Below are positions 11,773 through 20,816 of a DNA stretch of 53,701 nucleotides, in pieces; position 1 is the first letter of the stretch, and the number at the start of each line of letters is the position of its first letter. A program made the position numbers and the translations under genes. The notes beneath the pieces were generated by a model that was not told the DNA's origin, did not search any database, and was given only the letters and a program-made list of their open reading frames with translations. Source of the stretch: Vescimonas coprocola (lineage in GTDB: Bacteria > Bacteroidota > Bacteroidia > Bacteroidales > Bacteroidaceae); the NCBI GenBank assembly GCA_963620725.1, contig CAVFBU010000002.1, positions 1-53,701 on the forward strand, given 5' to 3'.

Positions 11773-13631
11773 GTGATGTGATACAGCTGTTGCCCGACTC
11801 CGTAGCCAACCAGATAGCTGCCGGCGAGGTCATCCAACGGCCGGCCTCCGTCATCAAGGAACTCGTGGAGAATGCTGTCGATGCGGGGGCAAAGACCATC
11901 CGCGTGCTGGTGGTTGATGCCGGGCGCACGTCCATACAGGTGATTGACGACGGGAAGGGTATGTCAGAGACCGATGCCCGTCTGGCCTTCGAGCGCCATG
12001 CCACGTCGAAGATCCGCAAGGCGGACGACCTCTTTGCCTTGACCACTATGGGATTCCGGGGGGAAGCACTTCCTTCGATAGCCGCCGTGGCGCAGGTGGA
12101 GCTGCGCACGCGCACTGCCGACGACGAGTTGGGTACCTGTCTCACCATCTATGGCTCTAAGGTGGAGGGACAGGAATCTGTCAGTTGTCCCGTGGGCAGC
12201 AATTTCAAGGTGGACAACCTATTCTACAACGTGCCTGCACGCCGCAAATTCCTGAAGACCAATGCCACCGAGCTGAGCAATATCCTGACGGCCTTTGAGC
12301 GCATCGTACTGGTATATCCAGCTATCACCTTCACCCTCCACAGCAACGGACAGGAACTGATGAACCTCCGCGCAGGCTCTTGCCGCCAGCGTATCAGTGA
12401 GGTCTTCGGTAAACGCTACGGGCAGGAACTGCTGCCCTTGGAGGTGGACACGGCCCTGTGCAAACTGACTGGCTTTGTCGGCAAGCCTGAGTCCGCCCGC
12501 AAGAAGGGAGTGCACAGCTACTTCTTCGTCAACGGGCGTTTCATGAAACACCCCTATTTCCACAAGGCTGTCATGCAGGCCTATGAGCGTCTGGTTCCCG
12601 TAGGGATGCAGGTGCCCTATTTCATCTATTTCGAGGTCAACCCTGCCGACATCGACGTGAATATCCATCCGACGAAAACCGAGATTAAGTTCGACAACGA
12701 GCAGGCCATCTGGCAGATTCTTACCGTGGCGGTGAAGGATGCCATTGGGAAGTTCTGTGAGGTGTCTCAGATAGATTTCGATACCGAGGGTCGCCCGGAC
12801 ATCCCCGTCTTCGACCCCTCGGGACGGGTCGTTCCGCCACGCCCCTCCTATGACCCTGACTATAACCCGTTCCACCAGCATACTGAGAAACCCAGGCAGA
12901 TGGAGGGCTGGCAACAGCTCTACGACAGCCTTCCTGTCCGTAAGGCGGATGCAGAAGACCTCTTTACAGCACCGCAGGATGACGGCGACGACATCCTGGC
13001 CTCCCGACAGATTACGCACGACACAGACGGCATAGGGGGACAGCCGGGTCACATGGTCCTGGAGGACAAGTCGCCCATACACTATCAGTACAAGGGCCGC
13101 TACATCATGACGGCCGTTAAGTCCGGTCTGATGATTATCGACCAACATCGTGCCGATGTGCGCATCCGCTACGAACGCTATATGGAACAGTTGCGCAACC
13201 GCCAGTCTTCCAGTCAACGGGTGCTCTTCCCCGAGGTGGTTCGTTTCTCCCCGTCCGATGCCGTCATGCTGCAGAAGATACTCCCGGAGCTGGAGTCCAT
13301 AGGCTTCGAGCTCACCGACCTCGGACAGTACGCTTATGCTGTCAATGCCATTCCGGCCGGTCTGGAGGGACTGAACAGTGTGCAGCTGCTCTGCGACATG
13401 GTGGGCGATGCTGTCGAGAAGGGTGTCACCCAGACCGACACCATCCATACCACGCTGGCCTTGAGTATGGCGTGCCACGCCGCCATCCCACAGGGACAGG
13501 TGCTTGACAACGACGAGATGGAGACCATTGTCAACCAGCTCTTCGCCTGCTCCAATGTCAACCACACGCCCGACGGCAAGTCCATCCTATGCATCCTTCC
13601 TCAGCGCGACATCGACCAACTTTTGGGGTGA
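11769..13631 (+). CDS. mutL: DNA mismatch repair protein MutL
   Basis: NQIAAGEVIQRPASVIKELVEN, GFRGEAL, DVNIHPTK, endonuclease motif DQHRA. ATG at 11769 overlaps the upstream stop. Confidence 0.96.
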   Translation: MSDVIQLLPDSVANQIAAGEVIQRPASVIKELVENAVDAGAKTIRVLVVDAGRTSIQVIDDGKGMSETDARLAFERHATSKIRKADDLFALTTMGFRGEALPSIAAVAQVELRTRTADDELGTCLTIYGSKVEGQESVSCPVGSNFKVDNLFYNVPARRKFLKTNATELSNILTAFERIVLVYPAITFTLHSNGQELMNLRAGSCRQRISEVFGKRYGQELLPLEVDTALCKLTGFVGKPESARKKGVHSYFFVNGRFMKHPYFHKAVMQAYERLVPVGMQVPYFIYFEVNPADIDVNIHPTKTEIKFDNEQAIWQILTVAVKDAIGKFCEVSQIDFDTEGRPDIPVFDPSGRVVPPRPSYDPDYNPFHQHTEKPRQMEGWQQLYDSLPVRKADAEDLFTAPQDDGDDILASRQITHDTDGIGGQPGHMVLEDKSPIHYQYKGRYIMTAVKSGLMIIDQHRADVRIRYERYMEQLRNRQSSSQRVLFPEVVRFSPSDAVMLQKILPELESIGFELTDLGQYAYAVNAIPAGLEGLNSVQLLCDMVGDAVEKGVTQTDTIHTTLALSMACHAAIPQGQVLDNDEMETIVNQLFACSNVNHTPDGKSILCILPQRDIDQLLG

Positions 13632-13653
13632 GCACTTCCGTGGTGTTGCACGT

Positions 13654-14538
13654 CTATGGTAGAGCAGCGTAATAGAGGAGTTTGTAGGCGTTGAACAACG
13701 CGCAGACGGGGCGTGAACCGCAGAGGTTTCGCCTCAGTTTTCCGCCCAGGCAGCGATGCAGAACGCGTAGGAGAGGAAGCAGGCCCAGGCGTTTCATTCG
13801 TGCAACCTGTTTTAATAGGCGGGAGTGGGAGTGGAGTTCCGAACGGAAGTCATAGAGCGTGTGCATTGCTTCTTCCGTTTTTGCCAGAAAGGTGGCGTTC
13901 GGTTCATACTGTGTCATCCACACGGCATTGTCGATGTGAGAGACGGGGATGCCAGTCTGTTGCAGGGTCTTCCCGAACCGCACGTCTTCGTAGCCGTAGC
14001 GGCGAAACCGCCCATCAAACCGACAGGTGTCCATGACCCAGTGGGCGATGAGGACGTTGGCCGTGTGGAAGTCCATGCCCGTGTGGTCTACGTAGCAGCG
14101 GACAGGGTGCCGCTGCTCAAACGCCCGCTCGTAGCGGTAGCGCAGGTTGTGGCGCAGTCGGTGTGCGTCGCCGCCGATGCGTATGCCGCCACAGACCACG
14201 GGGGCTTTCTCCCTCAGATAGCATTGGAGGAAGTCGGGCTTCCGCACCTCCATGTCGCAGTCCAGATAGAGCAGCGTGTCATATCGCGCCTCGTCGGCCA
14301 GACTGTTGCGGATGGCTGCACGTCCCCGGTTTTCCGGGTGGGCGATGTGGCGAACCCCTTCCAGCTGTGCCAGCGTATGGTTCTGTTCAACAGATGCCCG
14401 GTCGGTAGAGCCGTCCTCCATGACAATAATCTCAAAGGTCGTGCCGGTGGTCATGGCCTGCGCGTGCAACTGCCGCACCAAGGTGCCGCATGGGCGGTTG
14501 AACACGGGAATCAGTATGGAGAGTCCTTCTTCGTACAT
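13654..14538 (-). CDS. Glycosyltransferase family 2
   Basis: SILIPVFN, EIIVMEDGS, NRGRAAIRN, LYLDCD (DxD), YGYED. Start set at MYEE because a TAAATTTG box lies on the minus strand at 14544-14551. Confidence 0.88.
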   Translation of the reverse strand: MYEEGLSILIPVFNRPCGTLVRQLHAQAMTTGTTFEIIVMEDGSTDRASVEQNHTLAQLEGVRHIAHPENRGRAAIRNSLADEARYDTLLYLDCDMEVRKPDFLQCYLREKAPVVCGGIRIGGDAHRLRHNLRYRYERAFEQRHPVRCYVDHTGMDFHTANVLIAHWVMDTCRFDGRFRRYGYEDVRFGKTLQQTGIPVSHIDNAVWMTQYEPNATFLAKTEEAMHTLYDFRSELHSHSRLLKQVARMKRLGLLPLLRVLHRCLGGKLRRNLCGSRPVCALFNAYKLLYYAALP

Positions 14539-14613
14539 CGCTACAAATTTAGGCATAATTTTCCAAATAGAAGCCTGAGAACCTGAGAAACGCGCAGTTT
14601 TTGGTCTTGTTTG

Positions 14614-14677
14614 TGTTAAAGAAATGTTAAAACGCAGTTTCCACTATTGAGTTTGCCGCCTTTTTACGTTATTAGTA
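14614..14677 (+). promoter_or_regulatory. Candidate regulator direct repeat plus ECF-type promoter upstream of the GIN gene
   Basis: TGTTAAA at 14614 and 14625 (11-bp period); TGAG (14648)...CGTTA (14667). No plus-strand TAnnTTTG box in this leader. Confidence 0.4.
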
Positions 14678-14730
14678 CAGCAGGCAAGGAAAAATCCCGA
14701 GTCCAAAAAGAAACAATAAAAACTACGACA

Positions 14731-15486
14731 ATGACGATGCAGAAGAAAAGTATGATGGCAGCCTTGGCGTTGCTGCTGGGTGTGCTGACCGCCACCGCAG
14801 GAACGAAGACCATGGTGAGCAAGACGTTCGAGCCTTTCACGGTCTTGAATGTCTTAGGCAGTGCGAACGTCGTCTATACGCAGGGCGATGGCTACAGCGT
14901 GCGTATGGAGGGCGACCAGAAAGAGATTGATAAACTCAATATCTACCAGACGGGCAAACAACTCCATGTCGGTTACAAGACCACCAAGATAGGCGGCATC
15001 TATTACAGCAGTTCGGAGGGTGACGATGTCATCATCTATGTCACATCGCCCTCCGTTGAGGTCATCAATCTGACGGGCAGTGCCTCGGTGAAGATGGATC
15101 GGCTGGAGCAGTCGTCCATCGAGCTGAATGTGGCCGGCTCCGGTGGGATGCGACTGGGGAAGGCGAAGCTCACCACCGCCAGTATCAATGTGGCCGGTTC
15201 CGGGGGGATTACCGCTGACCACCTTACCGCCGTCACCGCCAGCCTTTCGGTGGCTGGTTCCGGTGAGGTGCAGGCTCAGGTGGACTGTGACGCACAGCTG
15301 ACGTGCAGCGTGGCCGGCTCCGGCAGTGTCCGCGTCTCGGGCAAGGCCGGCCACTATTCCAAGAGCGTCTTCGGCTCGGGCAGTGTGGACGATGACGGGC
15401 TGACCGCCACCACCACACAGAGCGATGACGGCTGGCAGCAGACGGGAAAGAGAAATAACCCGCAAGGCGTGGTGGCCAAGCCCTGA
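14731..15486 (+). CDS. Secreted head-GIN (DUF2807) beta-helix protein
   Basis: Signal peptide; repeated (I/L)xVAGSGxV units. Confidence 0.85.
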   Translation: MTMQKKSMMAALALLLGVLTATAGTKTMVSKTFEPFTVLNVLGSANVVYTQGDGYSVRMEGDQKEIDKLNIYQTGKQLHVGYKTTKIGGIYYSSSEGDDVIIYVTSPSVEVINLTGSASVKMDRLEQSSIELNVAGSGGMRLGKAKLTTASINVAGSGGITADHLTAVTASLSVAGSGEVQAQVDCDAQLTCSVAGSGSVRVSGKAGHYSKSVFGSGSVDDDGLTATTTQSDDGWQQTGKRNNPQGVVAKP

Positions 15487-15523
15487 CGCAACGACCCACA
15501 AGACCCCGAAAGGAAACAATAAG

Positions 15524-16036
15524 GTGAACCAGCAACAGTTTGAACACGCGGCGCGGCAGTTGCGCCAGCAGGCTTGGCAGACCGCTAACCGGATGCTGTC
15601 CGACAGTGCCGATGCCGACGATGCGGCCAGTGAGACGATGCTGCGCCTCTGGGCGGTACACGACACGCTCCGCGATGCCACCCACGCCGTCCGCCTGGCC
15701 GTTGTCGTGGCACGCCACGTGGCCATCGACCAGCAGCGGCGACGGCGACCCTCCGTCCGTCTCGACGGCGGTGCGACGGCGATCCCCGTCAACATCCCCG
15801 TCACGGACACGCCAGACTGCCAACTGCAATGGCACGAAGACGAGCAATGGCTCCGCCGCCGCATCGAACAGCTGCCACCCAGAGAGATACAGGTGCTCCA
15901 GCTCCGCCAGACCGAGCGACGCAGCAATGCCGAGATAGCAGCACTTCTCGGAATCGGCGAAGCCTCTGTGGCTACCTTGCTCTCCGCCGCCCGCCGAAAA
16001 CTATTCAACGATATCAAAGAAAGGAACCGACAATGA
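15524..16036 (+). CDS. ECF RNA polymerase sigma factor
   Basis: DADDAASETMLRLW (region 2) and IEQLPPRE...SNAEIAALLG...LSAARRKL (region 4). GTG start. Confidence 0.9.
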   Translation: MNQQQFEHAARQLRQQAWQTANRMLSDSADADDAASETMLRLWAVHDTLRDATHAVRLAVVVARHVAIDQQRRRRPSVRLDGGATAIPVNIPVTDTPDCQLQWHEDEQWLRRRIEQLPPREIQVLQLRQTERRSNAEIAALLGIGEASVATLLSAARRKLFNDIKERNRQ

Positions 16037-16716
16037 CAAAACCACAACTCATCGAACTGCTCGCACGCTTCATGGACGGTGCGACGACCGTGGCGGAAGA
16101 GACTCGCCTGGCCGACTTCTTCCGCAGTGCCACGGAGGCCGACCGCCCCGAGGAGATTTCAGCTGCCGACTGGCAGGCTTACGGCGAGCTGTTCCGTATG
16201 TTTGACGTAGAGCAAACCGCCACCGAGACGCGAAAGCCCCGACGGATGGCGTTGCGCTGGACGGCTGTTGCCGCCGCGTCGGCTGCCGTGCTACTGCTGG
16301 GTGCGCTGACGCTCTGGCGCCATCCCTCCGAGGATGTCGCACCTCTGACACAGGTGCAGCAACCTGTCATTGACACCGCCAGCGACAGCGTGGCCGTGGA
16401 TCGGAAAGTCCCTGCCGACAGCATAGTCGTCCCTGCTGTGAAGCCCCGGAAACGGAAGAGGCATCGCCTGCAAAGTATGCCGCCCATTCCGAAAACCTAC
16501 CTTGCCGAGGCTCCTGCAGACAAGGCATCGGAGGGGACGGAAACCTCCACCTTTAACATCAGCCAGGAAGACCTTGAAGCGGCCATGCGTCAGGCTGACC
16601 GTCTGCTCCAGGCTATGCAGATGCAGCAGGAGGCGGCTTTCGGTGATGCCCAGTCGGAGTTCCTCCAGGCCATGGATGCCCTCGACACTGACGATGAAGA
16701 ATATATCGAACAATAA
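16033..16716 (+). CDS. Putative single-pass anti-sigma factor
   Basis: ATGA overlap with the sigma gene; LLARFMDGATTVAEE motif; one transmembrane segment (WTAVAAASAAVLLLGALTLW). Confidence 0.75.
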   Translation: MTKPQLIELLARFMDGATTVAEETRLADFFRSATEADRPEEISAADWQAYGELFRMFDVEQTATETRKPRRMALRWTAVAAASAAVLLLGALTLWRHPSEDVAPLTQVQQPVIDTASDSVAVDRKVPADSIVVPAVKPRKRKRHRLQSMPPIPKTYLAEAPADKASEGTETSTFNISQEDLEAAMRQADRLLQAMQMQQEAAFGDAQSEFLQAMDALDTDDEEYIEQ

Positions 16717-16734
16717 CGCAATAACAATACTATA

Positions 16735-17667
16735 ATGAAACAGATGATTATAACCACGGTAGCCTTGCTGGCCACCACTAATCTTCAGGCACAGGAAACG
16801 TTCCAGAAGACGTACCAGGAGGTTCTGAAAAACTCGGCTGTCACCCTGCTGTCCCATTCCGACTATCAAGATCGCCCCGATTACCCCACGACCTACTGCA
16901 AGTTCACGGAGTTCCAAGTACCCGTCCGCAACGAGTCCCTCGTCAGTCAGTTGGAGCAGGCTATCCTCAGTGAACAGGACAGTGCCTATTCCTTCTACGT
17001 CAAGAAACCCGATGGCGGCAGGCTGACTCTCAGCAGCTCGACGCGGTATGTCTACGGACCGAACAACGAGTATGCCGTATTGTTGGGTGCGCAGAAGTCC
17101 CACTACTACTACGGTGCCTGCTTCAAGGAGCCGACCGACTCCCTCCGCCGCCATGCCTACCTGTTTGTGTGGTTCAAGGAAGGGAAGCACTTCCACTGCT
17201 ACTATTACCATATCTACGGCAAGAACCCCAACTTCCTCAAGAGCCTGCGACCGCTCGACCGGACTTCAGAGAAGCGTATCGGCAGCCGCCGCGCCACCAT
17301 CTCGGGCAACACCCTGGTGGTGGAGGAATATGACGGCCAAGGAAAATTGAAGAGCCTCAAGTCGGAACCACTGTCCGACGGGGAACAGAAGATCAACAAC
17401 GATGTGGAGTTCATGACGCAGTTTGGACTGCTCCGCGCCGCCTTCCTCGATGCCATCAAGGATGCCGACCAGAAGATGATGCAGGTGGGTATTGCCGGCA
17501 AGATGGTGACACTCTGCAAGAGCCATGGTAACCTGCTGACCGCCGTGGAGCGGCAGACCTGTAAGAAGGCCCTCGCTGACCTTCGTGCCACCGTCGGCAA
17601 GACCCTGCCCGACACCTTCCTCGACGGCATGCTCCTGCAGGCCGCCACCTATCTCGGTGAAGACTAA
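16735..17667 (+). CDS. Secreted hypothetical protein
   Basis: Sec signal ending NLQA|Q; 310-aa ORF with host-like codon usage. Confidence 0.75.
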   Translation: MKQMIITTVALLATTNLQAQETFQKTYQEVLKNSAVTLLSHSDYQDRPDYPTTYCKFTEFQVPVRNESLVSQLEQAILSEQDSAYSFYVKKPDGGRLTLSSSTRYVYGPNNEYAVLLGAQKSHYYYGACFKEPTDSLRRHAYLFVWFKEGKHFHCYYYHIYGKNPNFLKSLRPLDRTSEKRIGSRRATISGNTLVVEEYDGQGKLKSLKSEPLSDGEQKINNDVEFMTQFGLLRAAFLDAIKDADQKMMQVGIAGKMVTLCKSHGNLLTAVERQTCKKALADLRATVGKTLPDTFLDGMLLQAATYLGED

Positions 17668-17726
17668 CCACACTGGAAGACAATGATAAAAACACTCTTA
17701 TATATATAAAAATGTATCTTAGGATA

Positions 17727-19904
17727 ATGAAGAAAAACACCTTGGCAGCCCTGCTGCTCCTCCTGTGCCCGACCATGAAGGCACAGACCGACTCTACCGC
17801 CGTTGCCGGCGACTCCGCCGACATCTACAAGAATATCGGACTGGGCGAACTGACCGTCAGTGCCCAGCGCCAACTGGTGAAGACCCAGGACGACCGCGTC
17901 AGCTACGATGTGACCGCCGACCCCGAGGCCAAGACCAATCCCCTGACGGAGATGCTCAAGAAGGTGCCGTTCGTCACCGTCGAGGCCGACGGCACCATCA
18001 AGGTCAAGGGGTCTACCGACTTCAAGATTTTCCGCAACGGCCGTCCCGACCGTTCCTTCACGAACAACGCCAAGGAGCTGTTCAAGGGCATCCCGGCCAG
18101 TATGGTGAAGCGCATCGAGGTCATCACGGAGCCTGGTGCGAAGTATGATGCCGAGGGACTGGTGGGCATCCTCAACATCGTGATGGATCGGCAGAGCCAG
18201 CTGTCCGGACTGACGGGAACGCTCAGCTCCGCTGCCGGTCTCGGTCGCGCCTCCAATCCCTATAACGGCACGCTCTACCTGACGGGACAGAGTGGTAAGC
18301 TGACCGTTGCCCCATACGTCGGCTGTGCCTTCCAGAAGTGGCGGCAGACCGAGAATGTAGACTATACCTACACGGAAGGCGGCAACCGCTATCAGGCCAC
18401 CAGCCTCACCCGGAACCCCGGCCGTAATGTGTGGTACGGCATTGATGCCAGTCTGGAGCTGGACTCCTGCAACCTCCTCACGCTCGCTGCCAGCGGCTTT
18501 GCCTATAACGTGGGGAGCAAGGGCAACAGCTACAGCCGGCTGGACGATGCTGCCGGCAACGCCATCTATGCCGTGCGCATGAGCGACCGCGACATGGACT
18601 ACCGCTATTTCGACATCGACCTGCAGCTCTCGTACCAGCACAGCTTCCGCAGGAAGGGCGAGACCCTTGCCGTGGACTACCTCTACTCCACCACGCGCTC
18701 CCACAACGACGGCTTCATCGACCTGTCCGACTGCATCAACTACAGCGACTACGACAGCCAGTGGAAGGACAACCGCACCAAGTTCAACGAACACACCCTG
18801 CAGATTGACTACGAGCGACCCTTCGACAGCCACCACTCACTCGATGTGGGCGGTAAGTATGTGTTGCGTCTGAACAACAGCGACAACCTGCGCCGCGAGT
18901 ACCTCGCCGATGCACTGCTGCGCTCGCCTGCCACGAAGTTCGACCACACCACCGACGTGGGAGCCGCCTATGCTGAGTATAAGTACCGCCTTGGCGGACT
19001 GACCGCCGCCGCCGGACTGCGCTACGAGACCTCGCGCATGAAAGGCTCGTGGCCCGACGGCTCGCAGGACGACTTCAGCCGCCGCTTCAACGACCTCGTG
19101 CCCTCTGTGCGTGCCACGTGGCGCATCGGCGACCACCACGCACTGAAGTTAGCCTATAACATGCGGCTCTCCCGTCCTGGCATCAGCTACCTCAACCCGT
19201 TCCGCAGCGAGACACCCACCTCGCTCAGCTACGGCAATCCGCAGTTGGGTACGTCGAAGGCCCACAACATCACGTTAGGCTATAACCTCATGACCGCCAA
19301 GGTGACCTTCAGCCTCAATGCGGCCTACAGCCGCTGCGACGATGCCATCGCCGCCGTGAAATGGGTGGAGGACGGCCGCTTCGTCTCGACATACGACAAC
19401 TTAGGACGGAACAACTACTTCCAACTCGCGCCCTACATCCAGTGGGAAATCACGCCTACCACCAAGTTTACGAACAACAGCACCTTCCGCTGGATGGACA
19501 AGGCCAACGCATCGCAGGGACTCTCCATGTACCGCTGGCAGTTCAATACCTACAACCAGCTGACGCAGAAACTGCCTGCCAAGTTGACGCTCTCCCTGTC
19601 CGCCTATCTCGACTTTTCCACGCCGACCACGCTCTATAGCTACGAACGCACGTGGCAGCAGTACACCGTCTCGCTGCAACGCTCTTTCCTCAAGGACGAC
19701 CGCCTCACCGCCTATCTGCGCGGCCATTACCGCAACGACGAAAGCACCCATTATGTCAAGGGCGACTATGTGGGCATCGGTCGTCAGGATGTGCCCAACT
19801 GGTCTGCCCAGATTGGCTTCTCCTTCCGCTTCGGCAATCTGAAGGCTTCAGTCAAGAAGACCAACAAACAGGTGTCGAATGATGACCTCATGGGGCGGAA
19901 GTGA
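17727..19904 (+). CDS. Outer-membrane beta-barrel / TonB-dependent-receptor-like protein
   Basis: Signal peptide; plug-like MLKKVPFV...RIEVITEPGAKYDAEG..GILNIV; GLRYE; GNPQL; terminal FSFRFG strand. Confidence 0.88.
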   Translation: MKKNTLAALLLLLCPTMKAQTDSTAVAGDSADIYKNIGLGELTVSAQRQLVKTQDDRVSYDVTADPEAKTNPLTEMLKKVPFVTVEADGTIKVKGSTDFKIFRNGRPDRSFTNNAKELFKGIPASMVKRIEVITEPGAKYDAEGLVGILNIVMDRQSQLSGLTGTLSSAAGLGRASNPYNGTLYLTGQSGKLTVAPYVGCAFQKWRQTENVDYTYTEGGNRYQATSLTRNPGRNVWYGIDASLELDSCNLLTLAASGFAYNVGSKGNSYSRLDDAAGNAIYAVRMSDRDMDYRYFDIDLQLSYQHSFRRKGETLAVDYLYSTTRSHNDGFIDLSDCINYSDYDSQWKDNRTKFNEHTLQIDYERPFDSHHSLDVGGKYVLRLNNSDNLRREYLADALLRSPATKFDHTTDVGAAYAEYKYRLGGLTAAAGLRYETSRMKGSWPDGSQDDFSRRFNDLVPSVRATWRIGDHHALKLAYNMRLSRPGISYLNPFRSETPTSLSYGNPQLGTSKAHNITLGYNLMTAKVTFSLNAAYSRCDDAIAAVKWVEDGRFVSTYDNLGRNNYFQLAPYIQWEITPTTKFTNNSTFRWMDKANASQGLSMYRWQFNTYNQLTQKLPAKLTLSLSAYLDFSTPTTLYSYERTWQQYTVSLQRSFLKDDRLTAYLRGHYRNDESTHYVKGDYVGIGRQDVPNWSAQIGFSFRFGNLKASVKKTNKQVSNDDLMGRK

Positions 19905-19907
19905 GGG

Positions 19908-19950
19908 CTTTCTTTTAATGGGAATGGATGGGAGTTGATGGGAGTTGATG
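19908..19950 (+). repeat. Array A: ATGGGA units with 10-bp period; left arm of a 27-bp inverted repeat
   Basis: CTTTCTTTTA ATGGGAATGG ATGGGAGTTG ATGGGAGTTG ATG. Confidence 0.9.
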
Positions 19951-20000
19951 TTTTTTCTGCATTCGCTGCTCCAAAATTTGCTGGTTAGCTCATTTTGTTG

Positions 20001-20008
20001 TATCTTTG
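20001..20008 (+). promoter_or_regulatory. -7 promoter element of the four-helix-bundle gene, inside the inverted repeat
   Basis: TATCTTTG, with TTTG at 19977-19980 (20-nt spacer). Confidence 0.8.
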
Positions 20009-20020
20009 CAGTCGCATAGT

Positions 20021-20066
20021 TCCCATAATTCCCATCCCCCTCCCATCCATTCCCATCAAAAGAAAG
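20021..20066 (-). repeat. Array B: four TCCCAT units in the 5' UTR; right arm of the 27-bp inverted repeat
   Basis: TCCCAT at 20021, 20030, 20041 and 20051. 20040-20066 is the reverse complement of 19908-19934 at 26/27 positions. Confidence 0.9.
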
Positions 20067-20071
20067 AAAAA

Positions 20072-20698
20072 ATGCCTTCCCCCAGCAATTTCCTCGTTCA
20101 AAAGGGCGACTACAAACGCCTCATCGCCTTTCGGAAGTCGGAGTGCATCTATGACATCACCGCCTACTTCATCGAGCACTACCTGCCGAAGATTGGCGAC
20201 CGTACTGTAGATCAGATGAAACAGGCGGCGCGTTCGGGCAAGCAGAACATCGCCGAGGGCAACGAGACTGGCACGACCTCTATGGAGGCCTGCATCAAAC
20301 TGGTGAACGTGGCGAAGGCGAGTCTCAAGGAGTTGCAGGAGGACTACGAGGACTATCTGCGCAACCACGGCCAGCAGATATGGGGCGTGGACAGCCCACA
20401 GTGCCGGAATGCTCGCCTCTGGTGTAAGGAACACTCGAATCCCTCCGACTATATCCGTGTCTGCCATTTGCGTGACGACATCACCGTGGCCAATATTGCA
20501 CTGGTGCTCATCCACCAGACCGACTACCTGTTGCGTCGGTTGCTGGAGAAATTCAAGGCCGAATTCTTGGAGCATGGCGGCATCAAGGAACAGATGTCGC
20601 AGGCTCGGCGCAGCTGGCGGGAAGAGCATGGGATGGGGTATCTTAATGGGAAGAGTGGGAATAATGGGAGGAATGGGAATGATGGGATTTTGCGCTGA
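20072..20698 (+). CDS. Four-helix-bundle protein (23S rRNA IVP / bAvd-like) with suffix domain
   Basis: YKRLIAFRKS..IYDIT..F, DRTVDQMKQAARSGKQNIAEG, KLVNVAKASLKELQEDYEDYLR, FLEHGGIKEQM. Confidence 0.88.
   Translation: MPSPSNFLVQKGDYKRLIAFRKSECIYDITAYFIEHYLPKIGDRTVDQMKQAARSGKQNIAEGNETGTTSMEACIKLVNVAKASLKELQEDYEDYLRNHGQQIWGVDSPQCRNARLWCKEHSNPSDYIRVCHLRDDITVANIALVLIHQTDYLLRRLLEKFKAEFLEHGGIKEQMSQARRSWREEHGMGYLNGKSGNNGRNGNDGILR
20628..20689 (+). repeat. Array C: ATGGGA units with 9-bp period in the last codons of the four-helix-bundle gene
   Basis: (A/G)TGGGA at 20628, 20646, 20655, 20664, 20673 and 20682; encodes NGK-SGN-NGR-NGN-DGI. Confidence 0.88.
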
Positions 20699-20729
20699 CC
20701 GCACCATTCTTAAGACAGCCTATTGCAAG

Positions 20730-20760
20730 GAGGAGTGCCAAGCGTTGCTCGGCACTCCTC
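20730..20760. terminator. GC-rich hairpin between convergent genes
   Basis: GAGGAGTGCC/GGCACTCCTC 10-bp stem. Confidence 0.6.
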
Positions 20761-20816
20761 GCGCAATTAGTAACTAACCAATTTTACTAACTGATTTGCT
20801 TTTAGGCAATGAGATG

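Noticed and set aside
20072..20698. Diversity-generating retroelement or rRNA intervening sequence
   Set aside because: No reverse transcriptase, template repeat or rRNA sequence nearby; only the Avd/IVP-like gene is present.
19985..20707. 240-aa antisense ORF with Pro/Ile-rich ends
   Set aside because: Shadow of the four-helix-bundle gene and its repeats; no independent motif.
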